A DNA stretch of 64,000 bases, taken from assembly GCA_039738615.1 (NCBI GenBank), contig JBCLLP010000001.1:3573-67572 (forward strand), written 5' to 3'. Every line of letters starts with the position of its first letter. Positions within the stretch are counted from its first letter, which is position 1. Shown here piece by piece: positions 12,246 through 20,566 of this stretch. The notes under the pieces are model-generated. The model was given only the letters and a program-made list of their open reading frames with translations, had not been told where the DNA came from and made no database searches. A program made the position numbers and the translations under genes. The DNA is from Candidatus Saccharimonadia bacterium (GTDB lineage Bacteria; Patescibacteriota; Saccharimonadia; CAILAD01; BJGX01).

Positions 12246-14924
12246 CTATTGCACTTGTGCTTTTGGCAACTTAGATAATGCCATAACGCACTTATTTAGC
12301 CTTAATGATATTTCCTTAGAACTTGGGTTTGGCCCCAAATCAAAGCTAACGGTAATGGTAATTCTTTTACGGCCTTGGTCGAAAAGCTGATCATTTTGGT
12401 ATTCCCCCTTAAATCTAATGGAGTGAGTATGTTCGGCTAGAACACTTCGGAGGTCACCATACATTCCACTACTCGGAAGCTCTACTGTGATATCCTTAAC
12501 TATAATTTGGTAGGCTTGGGCTGGGGTAGCGACTATATTTTGCTCAGACTCTACGATTGTGGCTATATCAAATTCACCATATGACACTTCTTGGTTAATA
12601 TCAAACTTGTCTAAAATAGTAGGGGAGAGCTGGCCATACTCACCTAGTTCCTCTTCTAGCGTTCCTGCCCTGGAGGTGATATAGCTGGGGTTGGTAGTGA
12701 GTCTAGTGGGATTGAGCTCTAGCCTATACCAGCCAAGTAGCGCATCTAGCACTCCTTTAAGCCTTAGTAAGCTATTCTCTCCCCATATTGACACACCCAA
12801 AACCCATTTCTCAACCACCCCCTCATTAATTTTTTCATACACTCTGCTTATCTCAAATAATGTCGAGCTATTGGCGGATTGATTTTTAGCAATCGCTCTT
12901 AGGTGACTTGTTAGCAAGTTAGTGCGCAAATAATCCTGCCCGCTACTTAATGGGTTTTCAATTTGTAAATATTTATTGGTGTTAGGACTGACTATTAAGA
13001 TTTCCTTTTTAGACACAAAAGAATATGTCATAATTTCTATCAGCCCATAAGCACTGAGCTTAAACCTTAAAGACATTAGTGAGGTCAATAAATTGTGCTG
13101 ATCAGGCAGTGAAGGACTAATAAGGGGGAGGGTTTCGGGCATATGTCCATAGCCTATGGATTTGGCAACTTCCTCAAACAAATCTACCTCACTCACAATA
13201 TCAGCCCTCCACCAAGGAATTTGCACCGAAAGGATATGGTTAAAATTATCTAAGTACCTCCTAGCACCTAAATAATTATTTGATTTAGTATATTTAGTAA
13301 CAGCTACTAGCTGTGGCTTACCACTAGTCAGGCTAGGGCCTATGACCTTATTTTTGCCAGCATAAATACCAATACGGGTTATGTTATTAGCTTTATTACC
13401 ACTAAACTTATGCCCTAGGAATAATAAATCTCCTGGTTTTAGTCCAATATCAGGCACTTCCATGCTAGCGTCATACATTTTAGTCGCAGAACTACCAATA
13501 TCCATTCCAGCTTTAAGGTAGAGAGTCTGAGCTGAAAGTAGGCCATCATAAATCTTGGGGGTAGTAGAAGCTTTGGTGTAATTGCTACCTTGTGAATCCT
13601 TTAGCTCCCTGGTAAGCGAAAAGTGAGTTGGCCGAAAGCCTCGCTTTGATAGTAGTAATTCTACTTCCTTCTCGGCTAGCTTATAGCCTAGGAACTTTTC
13701 TGCCTTTCTGATGCGCATACCCAAATATGTAGATTTTTGTTCATCATTAGCTTGAGCGGCGGGGGAGTCGGTGATATCAGCTTGGCAGATTTCTATTAGT
13801 AGGTCGGTAATTCTACGCATCGCTAAGTGGGGGAGTGTGGCTGGCAAGCCTTTTTCAAACCTTGCAGATGCCTCGGTGCGGAGCCCATGCCTAAGAGCGC
13901 TCCTGCGCACAGTAGTTCTATTGAAACTTGCTACCTCCACAACGATTTCGGTAGTATTCGGTTTGATTTCGGTTTTTTGTCCTCCTATAATTCCAGCTAG
14001 CCCAATAGCCCCTGAATCATCAGCGATCACCAAATCTTCACCACATAGCTCGATAGCCTTGCCATCTAGGGTAGTGAATGATTCGCCTTTGCTGGCAAAC
14101 CTAATTTTTATATTGCCAGAGATACTGTGGGCATCATAGGCATGTGAGGGCTGCCCATACTCTAACATTACAAAGTTGATAATATCTACAACGGGGTTGA
14201 TAGTTCGTATTCCTGACGACAATAAGTTATCCACAAGCCACTTAGGGCTTGGCACATCTACTTTCACACGGGCTTTTAACAGCAACAAAGCATTACACTC
14301 TCCTTGTATTTTGACATTTAGTAATTCTGTGTTGTGGTATGCCCTATCAGCTATATTTGGCTCTACCAACAAATTATCTACGTCCATAGCGGCTATTTCA
14401 CGAGCTAATCCGATATATGACATATAGTCCCAGCGGTTTGAAGGCGTCTTAATGTCCAAGATATCACTGATTATAGTAATGTCGCACAATGACTGCCCAA
14501 TAGATAGGGTAGGGTCTAGCTCTACAAGACCATTATGGTCACTACCCATGCCAAGCTCCAATTCCGAGCATAGCATTCCATGAGAAACTTCTCCTCGTAT
14601 TTTAGCCTCCTTAATTACATTTCCATCTGGCAACACACTTCCTATCTGAGCCAGTGCTACTACTAGGCCAGGCCTTACATTATCAGCCCCACAGACAATA
14701 TCTACCTCGCCACCGTCTGTTTGTACTTTTACTAACCTTAGCTTATCGTCATTAGGATGCTTGGACTCAGATACTATTTTAGCCGTAATAATTCTATAGT
14801 CTAGCTTTGATGAATACAATATTTCCTCAACCTCTACCTCTGTGCGCCCTAGGACCTCGACCATAACTTCCGTTTTAAGATGATTTTTAAGGTATAAATT
14901 GATAAGATTAACGCTAACTTTCAT
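12246..14924 (-). CDS. pheT: Phenylalanyl-tRNA synthetase beta subunit carrying an inserted NlpC/P60-like domain
   Basis: OB fold (IVCGADNV, GMLCSELELG), B3/4 (NPVVDIINFVMLEYGQP, RFEKG), B5 (RADI..EVDLFEEV) and NPLS...YLRT; coupled to pheS. Confidence 0.95.
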   Translation of the reverse strand: MKVSVNLINLYLKNHLKTEVMVEVLGRTEVEVEEILYSSKLDYRIITAKIVSESKHPNDDKLRLVKVQTDGGEVDIVCGADNVRPGLVVALAQIGSVLPDGNVIKEAKIRGEVSHGMLCSELELGMGSDHNGLVELDPTLSIGQSLCDITIISDILDIKTPSNRWDYMSYIGLAREIAAMDVDNLLVEPNIADRAYHNTELLNVKIQGECNALLLLKARVKVDVPSPKWLVDNLLSSGIRTINPVVDIINFVMLEYGQPSHAYDAHSISGNIKIRFASKGESFTTLDGKAIELCGEDLVIADDSGAIGLAGIIGGQKTEIKPNTTEIVVEVASFNRTTVRRSALRHGLRTEASARFEKGLPATLPHLAMRRITDLLIEICQADITDSPAAQANDEQKSTYLGMRIRKAEKFLGYKLAEKEVELLLSKRGFRPTHFSLTRELKDSQGSNYTKASTTPKIYDGLLSAQTLYLKAGMDIGSSATKMYDASMEVPDIGLKPGDLLFLGHKFSGNKANNITRIGIYAGKNKVIGPSLTSGKPQLVAVTKYTKSNNYLGARRYLDNFNHILSVQIPWWRADIVSEVDLFEEVAKSIGYGHMPETLPLISPSLPDQHNLLTSLMSLRFKLSAYGLIEIMTYSFVSKKEILIVSPNTNKYLQIENPLSSGQDYLRTNLLTSHLRAIAKNQSANSSTLFEISRVYEKINEGVVEKWVLGVSIWGENSLLRLKGVLDALLGWYRLELNPTRLTTNPSYITSRAGTLEEELGEYGQLSPTILDKFDINQEVSYGEFDIATIVESEQNIVATPAQAYQIIVKDITVELPSSGMYGDLRSVLAEHTHSIRFKGEYQNDQLFDQGRKRITITVSFDLGPNPSSKEISLRLNKCVMALSKLPKAQVQ

Positions 14925-15913
14925 TAGAACTGCTCCAAATATTCAATATTAGGGCGCCATAATTGCCTCAGGTCGGTTAAGTTATATTTGATTGCAGCGA
15001 TACGCTCCACTCCCCACCCAAAGGCGAATCCAGTATACTTTTTAGGGTCTATTCCGCCACCCATAAGCACATTAGGGTGAACCATACCGGCGCCACCTAA
15101 CTCTAGCCACTTACCCTGGTACTTGGCATCAACCTCAACAGAGGGCTCTGTGTATGGAAAATAGCTAGGCCTCAATCTAATCTCAACCTCATTGCCTAGT
15201 TGACGCTTAACAATCTGAAGTAGCGTTCCCTTGAGGTCTGACATACTGACTGACTCCCCAACTACCAGCCCCTCTATTTGATTAAAAGACCAAGAATGTG
15301 TGGCGTCTTCATTCTCGTTCCTGAATACCTTGCCAGGTACAAGTATCTTAAATGGTGGCTTGTTTTCTAGCATAAATCTCACTTGCATACCAGAAGTGTG
15401 TGTCCTTGGTAGTAGCTTACGGTCTGTGTCTTTAATATAAAATGTATCTTGCATTTCTCGGGCTGGGTGTGCTTCGGGCATATTTAGCGCCTCAAAATTA
15501 AACCAGTCAGTCTCTATTTCGGGGCTATCTACAATAGCAAAGCCCATCTCCGTAAATATTTTATATGTCTGGGCCAACACAAGACTTACTGGGTGCATAT
15601 GGCCTACCCCGGATTCCTTATATAGAGCCAGGCCAGGCCTAGAAATATCTATAGCCTCAAACGTAGCAGATGATACTAGAGCTTCCCTGCTCAGCGTTAA
15701 GGCTGTCTCAATTATGTCCTTAAGCTTATTAATTTCAATACCAAGCTTGGCTCTGCTGATAGGTTCTAGCTTGGTGAGCTTGTGCATTTCGGTAGCAACC
15801 AAGCTACTGCTTCCTAGAAATTTAGATCTTAACTGCTGAAGCTGGTGTTCATTAGATATAGCCTCACAGGCCTTCTTTAGCTTGATAATATGGGCCTTAT
15901 AGTTCATTATCAC
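14924..15913 (-). CDS. pheS: Phenylalanyl-tRNA synthetase alpha subunit
   Basis: HPAREMQDTFY, RTHTS, YFPYTEPS and GFAFGWGVER. Confidence 0.97.
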   Translation of the reverse strand: MIMNYKAHIIKLKKACEAISNEHQLQQLRSKFLGSSSLVATEMHKLTKLEPISRAKLGIEINKLKDIIETALTLSREALVSSATFEAIDISRPGLALYKESGVGHMHPVSLVLAQTYKIFTEMGFAIVDSPEIETDWFNFEALNMPEAHPAREMQDTFYIKDTDRKLLPRTHTSGMQVRFMLENKPPFKILVPGKVFRNENEDATHSWSFNQIEGLVVGESVSMSDLKGTLLQIVKRQLGNEVEIRLRPSYFPYTEPSVEVDAKYQGKWLELGGAGMVHPNVLMGGGIDPKKYTGFAFGWGVERIAAIKYNLTDLRQLWRPNIEYLEQF

Positions 15914-16302
15914 TGAATCCTTCTAGTCCTAAAGAACAGGCCAATTAGTCCAATAGTCAAAACCAGCAGTAAGATATCCCTCCAGCTCAAACCCCTTAGG
16001 CTAGATAAGGCTAGTAGAATTGTTATGGCAAAGCCGAATAAAAATCCAGCCTTAAGGGAAGCCTTTATACATAATAGCTTATTATTGGCGTACTTTTTTT
16101 TCTTATGAAATATCAAATAAATTAGTAATGTAAGGGCCAGTGACAGCATCACCAAAACATCAATAAACCAAAATGTTACACCACTAGGGCCTAACATGGT
16201 GGGGTTGGTGGCCACAATACTATACACAAAATAGCCACAAGTTAGGACTGCACCAATAACAATAAATAATAACGATATTCTAGACTTAGTTTGATTGCTC
16301 AT
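15910..16302 (-). CDS. Small four-TM membrane protein, translationally coupled to pheS
   Basis: 130-aa hydrophobic ORF overlapping the pheS start by 4 nt. Confidence 0.75.
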   Translation of the reverse strand: MSNQTKSRISLLFIVIGAVLTCGYFVYSIVATNPTMLGPSGVTFWFIDVLVMLSLALTLLIYLIFHKKKKYANNKLLCIKASLKAGFLFGFAITILLALSSLRGLSWRDILLLVLTIGLIGLFFRTRRIQ

Positions 16303-16824
16303 AATATATATTATTTAATAATATGCCTTAATTATCTCATAGTTGTAATTACGGGTATATAGCGAATAAAGTAAAAAATAAATGAATCAGTTTATAATTA
16401 TAATGAATACATTTATTTTATGACATAATACTAGTAACATATTGAACACTTTTTTTAAGTAATTATAATGAATAAGTTATTTATATTCCCCTGCTCTAAT
16501 TATTAGTAGTTCATGGCTGATTTGTACCCTGTGGATAACTATTAAATTACCAGACGCCGGACTAGCCTACTGAATTTTACTTAAATTTTGGTAACTCTAG
16601 GCATACATATGTCTTTGTTGTTTAGTTAACAGCATCTAGTATAGTTATTCTTGCTACTGGTAATAAATATGCTAGCAATTCTAGAAATTGCAGTCATATT
16701 TCTGACTTTCGTGAATACTTGCACCTCTTTGACAAAATAATGGCTTAAATAGGCTCTGTGAGCTTACTTAATTTAATCACTGCTTATACTTAAAATATGC
16801 TGCTGCTGATGCGTAATTACAACT

Positions 16825-16860
16825 AATAAAATATACCACCTCTACAAATGGGTGGTATAT
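16825..16860 (-). terminator. Intrinsic terminator of the putative ncRNA
   Basis: Minus strand atataccacc-catttgtaga-ggtggtatat followed by tttatt. Confidence 0.7.
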
Positions 16861-17307
16861 GTGTTTACATGGTTACGGGCCGATGCAAATGCCCTAAAAT
16901 GTTTAGAAACAAATTGGCATGTATCGGCCCGGGGTGGATCCTAACTGGAAGCTAAGACCCAAAAAGGTACAATCGCTTCACTTGCATCCGAGTTAACTTG
17001 GGTGCGACTGGTGCTTCCCAACCATCGTTACGGTACCTGACCGGAACCTTGCCTTCCTATAGTAGAAAAACACGGTCCCGGTCAAGCTCCAGCAGATTTA
17101 TCTGATTCCCCCTCAGCATAATGACTGCAGACAGACAATCCCTACAACAGTAAGGAAGTTCTGGTACAAAAAACAAGGGGGTTGTTTTTTGTAGACCAGA
17201 ATTCCCTTACCGTCAATCGAAGTGAGTGAGTTTTTAGAGTACAAACTCGCTATTTATGGTGGTTTGATATGTAGCATGTGATTTTTTTGTTTTTAATGAA
17301 CTACAAT
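16825..17307 (-). ncRNA. Putative ~480-nt structured non-coding RNA of unknown family
   Basis: Bounded by a consensus promoter and an intrinsic terminator; no ORF of 60 aa or more; a GC-richer island in AT-rich DNA with several long helices whose G-U pairs mostly work on the minus strand. Confidence 0.65.
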
Positions 17308-17313
17308 AGCTAT

Positions 17314-17343
17314 AGTATATCATAGTACTTATGCTGATGTCAA
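17314..17343 (-). promoter_or_regulatory. sigma70 promoter with extended -10 driving the putative ncRNA
   Basis: TTGACA (17343-17338), 18-nt spacer ending TGA, then TATACT (17319-17314). Confidence 0.75.
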
Positions 17344-17394
17344 TTATTTTGTTGTATTAAAGTACTTTTACTCTGTTAAAATCCGTTATAAGTT

Positions 17395-18378
17395 TTACAA
17401 CAGCCCGAGCTTATTTTTAACTTCCTGTAGTTTTTTATTAGCTATTAGCTCTGCTTTAGCGTTTCCAGTAGTGATAATTTCCATTAATTTAGGCTCATCT
17501 GTGCGATATGACCCAAACTTTGCCTGAAGCTTTGAAAGCTCTTGGGATACTAACTCCCCTAGCTGTTGCTTGAAGTCACCATAGCCAGTAGAGGCGAATT
17601 GAGTTGCTACTTGTTCTATAGCCATGCCAGAAAACCCGGCATATATCGCTATGAGGTTAGAGATTGCCGGCTTATCCTTGATATTATGGGTTATTTGACT
17701 ATCTGAATCTGTAACTGCTCTTTTGAACTTACTAATTACCGACTCCAAAGGCTCACTTAAGGCCACAAAGCTATCTGGATGGTCGCTTTTGCCCATTTTG
17801 ACTGATGGATCATCTAAACTCATTATCCTTGCACCGAGCTTAGAGGTAATAGCCCTGGGGATAGTAAAGGTATTGCCGTGAAGGTTATTAAACCTATTGG
17901 CGATATCTCTGGTTAATTCTACATGCTGTACTTGATCTTCACCTACTGGTACCTCATCGGTATCGTAGAGCAAGATATCTGCTGCCATCAGTACGGGATA
18001 ATTAAACATCCCCACCAGCTGTCCTTCAGGGGTTTGTTTCTTACTTTTATCCTTAAATTGCGTCATTCTACTCAGCTCACCCATAGTTACAAAATTGTCT
18101 AGTATCCAGAATAGCTCAGCATGCGCAGGCACCATGGACTGCACCAAAATTATAGACTTATCAGGGTCAATACCGACAGTCAGAAGCCATGCTACCAAGT
18201 CCAGAGTGCGCTTTTTAAGCTCTGCTGGGTCTTGCCTAACGGTGATCGCGTGGGAATTAGGCACAAAAAATATGGTTCTGACATTACCCTGGAAGCTGGG
18301 CCAATGTTTCATAGCCCCCAAATAATTACCTATTGTCATCTCTCCCGAAGGCTTTAAGCCTGAAAATACTGTTTTCAT
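17395..18378 (-). CDS. trpS: Tryptophanyl-tRNA synthetase
   Basis: SGLKPSGEMTIGNY, YPVLMAADILLY, VPVGEDQ and KMGKS. Confidence 0.97.
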   Translation of the reverse strand: MKTVFSGLKPSGEMTIGNYLGAMKHWPSFQGNVRTIFFVPNSHAITVRQDPAELKKRTLDLVAWLLTVGIDPDKSIILVQSMVPAHAELFWILDNFVTMGELSRMTQFKDKSKKQTPEGQLVGMFNYPVLMAADILLYDTDEVPVGEDQVQHVELTRDIANRFNNLHGNTFTIPRAITSKLGARIMSLDDPSVKMGKSDHPDSFVALSEPLESVISKFKRAVTDSDSQITHNIKDKPAISNLIAIYAGFSGMAIEQVATQFASTGYGDFKQQLGELVSQELSKLQAKFGSYRTDEPKLMEIITTGNAKAELIANKKLQEVKNKLGLL

Positions 18379-18404
18379 AGCTTTATTATAGCATCTTGGT
18401 AATT

Positions 18405-19475
18405 CTAGTCATCTATATTGGGCTTATCAAGCGAGACAGGCTCCACTACTTCATCTGTACCGGCGATTTTAACGATGTCTTTATCTATCTTTTTTAGCTC
18501 TTGGTGGGCATAATTATAGTGATTCACGGTGGTTCCAAGCGAGCTTCCTAGCTTATGCATAAATTGTTCATAACTTTTGATGTGCCTACCTAGCATACCA
18601 ACTCTTTTTTGGATTTCTTTGGCCTGGCCTTCTATCTGTAGGCTCCGTAGTCCCTGCAGAACAGTCTGTAAGTAAGCCATAAATGTAGTAGGGCTAACTA
18701 TAATTACTTTCTTTTCCTGGTAGGCATACTCTATCAGGTCCCTTGAAGCAGTATCGGCAGTACCAATCTTATTCGTTAAAAGGTCATTATAGATAGCCTC
18801 AGAGGGTATAAACATAAATGCAAAGTCCATTGTATTCTCGCTGGGCCTGATATACTTACTGGTTTCGTCTATTCTAGTCTTAAGATCCTGCTTAAACCGC
18901 TTAATAAGCACTTTGTGCTGGTCTTTGTTCTTTTCCTCAATCAGCCTATTGTAGTTTTCAAGGCTAAATTTGGAATCAATTGGGAGTATTTTGTCCTTTT
19001 CAAGTAATATCACTGCATCTACAATATCACCATTGTTAAATTTATACTGAAGCTTGTACATGCCAGCAGGTAGGACATTATCTAGCACCAGGTGAAGGTA
19101 ATATTCCCCTAATACGCCTCTTTGCTTGGGGTTTTGAAGGACATTTTGGAGAGTTTTAAGCTCATCGGCAACATCTACTACGCGTTTATTGGTTTCGTCT
19201 AGCTTGGTCAGCCTTTCTGTTACATCAATAATCAGCTTGGAAGATTCACTCATTTGCTTATGTACACTGGCCTGCATAGCAGTATTATTCTTGTCTATTC
19301 GTTCATTAATGTGGGATTGAGACTGATTAATAAGAGCCTGCAGCCCTTGCAAATCTTGCTTTAACATACCCAGAGAGCCAGAGTTATTCAGGCTGTTTTT
19401 ATTAATTAACAGGTATATAACAGCCGCTAAACAAATAAAAAGCATTATAGCCATGATTATTAGTAGTATTACCAC
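18405..19475 (-). CDS. rmuC: DNA recombination protein RmuC
   Basis: N-terminal TM plus coiled coil; RGVLGE, IDSKF, FMFIPSEAIY and VSPTT. Confidence 0.92.
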   Translation of the reverse strand: MVILLIIMAIMLFICLAAVIYLLINKNSLNNSGSLGMLKQDLQGLQALINQSQSHINERIDKNNTAMQASVHKQMSESSKLIIDVTERLTKLDETNKRVVDVADELKTLQNVLQNPKQRGVLGEYYLHLVLDNVLPAGMYKLQYKFNNGDIVDAVILLEKDKILPIDSKFSLENYNRLIEEKNKDQHKVLIKRFKQDLKTRIDETSKYIRPSENTMDFAFMFIPSEAIYNDLLTNKIGTADTASRDLIEYAYQEKKVIIVSPTTFMAYLQTVLQGLRSLQIEGQAKEIQKRVGMLGRHIKSYEQFMHKLGSSLGTTVNHYNYAHQELKKIDKDIVKIAGTDEVVEPVSLDKPNIDD

Positions 19476-19704
19476 TTACCATTCCCTCCCGAAGCTTATA
19501 TTGGCAGTATAGCATGGATCCTTATACGAACACAATACGAATAGTAGTATAAATTACACTCCCTGCCCTTTAATTAATAATTTGTTCATTAGCAATTATA
19601 ATTACTGAGCCTAATAAAAGCTCTATTTACGGCTTTTTACGGCTTTGAAAATAATATGTGGTACATATTTATAGTGCTATAGCACCTAGCCCTTGTAGCG
19701 ATAA

Positions 19705-20049
19705 TCAATCACTCAAATTACGCAAGTATGATATGGCTGCGGCAGATAAAAGCCCTAGGCTAGCTAGCATCAGGCCGGTCTGGACATAAATTATAACAGT
19801 AAAGGCTATTCCATCGGGGGTATCGCTCCCAATATAAATATAGGTGTATATCACATACCTAACTACCTGCATGATCACAATACACATCAGAGCATAGGCT
19901 ATAAACCGCCTAGTTCTAGTTTTTTTTATCTTACGAGTGGCTGATAAAACCATTTGCTTGGAGGGTTTGGCTCTTAATGGCGCTTTGCCCTTGGTTATAT
20001 TAAGCTGTCCGACCCGCCTCTTAACTTTTCTGCCCTTTATAGTACTCAT
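19705..20049 (-). CDS. Hypothetical membrane protein (basic N-terminus, two TM helices)
   Basis: 114-aa ORF with TAGAAT 6 nt before the ATG. Confidence 0.65.
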   Translation of the reverse strand: MSTIKGRKVKRRVGQLNITKGKAPLRAKPSKQMVLSATRKIKKTRTRRFIAYALMCIVIMQVVRYVIYTYIYIGSDTPDGIAFTVIIYVQTGLMLASLGLLSAAAISYLRNLSD

Positions 20050-20074
20050 GCTTATATTCTACTCTCACAGAGAG

Positions 20075-20566
20075 CTATAATCCAGACATCCACCACGGTA
20101 ACCTGATAGACGACTGGGTTTTCCGACTTGCGCGACTCCTAGGCTCAAAATAGCGGTCTATAATACCCTGCCAGTTCTCCTTGAGCCATTTCTTTTGCTC
20201 GATATACATATATTCCAGCCCTCTTTCGGCAAATTCCTGCCTGATTACTCCTCCCCTGTGCGGGTGCTGGTGCTTTCTAGCAAGAGGTGAGTTAAAGCCG
20301 TGAGCATAGTGTGTCAGCTCGTGGACTATGGTGGCCGAGATGACATGCTCGGGCACCTCTAAATCCATAAATATGGGGTTAATTCTTATAATAGAGATAC
20401 TAGGGTGGGCCCTATCAATCCCTAGAGAGCCGAGCCGTCTTTTAGCCTTCCTGCCATAGATGATACGAACTTCATTAGTCCTGGCAACATCATCAAAATG
20501 GTTATCCCAGATAAAACTAAGTGTGCTTTCTAGCCATTGTTGAGTTCGATACGACTCTATTTTCAT
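20075..20566 (-). CDS. SprT-like zinc metalloprotease
   Basis: HELTH zinc motif, an upstream basic RRLGS motif and a later H.gg motif; ATGA overlap with the helicase gene. Confidence 0.75.
   Translation of the reverse strand: MKIESYRTQQWLESTLSFIWDNHFDDVARTNEVRIIYGRKAKRRLGSLGIDRAHPSISIIRINPIFMDLEVPEHVISATIVHELTHYAHGFNSPLARKHQHPHRGGVIRQEFAERGLEYMYIEQKKWLKENWQGIIDRYFEPRSRASRKTQSSIRLPWWMSGL

Noticed and set aside
16294-16321. dif-like sequence attgctcataa-tatata-ttatttaataa
   Set aside because: The left arm is the start codon and first codons of the 15910-16302 gene, the XerD-like arm matches poorly, the context is very AT-rich, and gene orientation does not switch here.
16303-16820. Possible oriC (AT-rich tract with DnaA box TGTGGATAA at 16530-16538)
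   Set aside because: Only one perfect DnaA box was seen, dnaA and dnaN are not nearby, and most genes stay on the minus strand on both sides.
16825-17307. T-box leader for pheST as the explanation of the structured region
   Set aside because: The only GGUGGUA lies inside the terminator's 3' arm with no antiterminator geometry, and the next gene is more than 500 nt downstream.
19627-19646. Short tandem repeat tttacggct x2
   Set aside because: Only two short copies in AT-rich intergenic DNA; compatible with chance.
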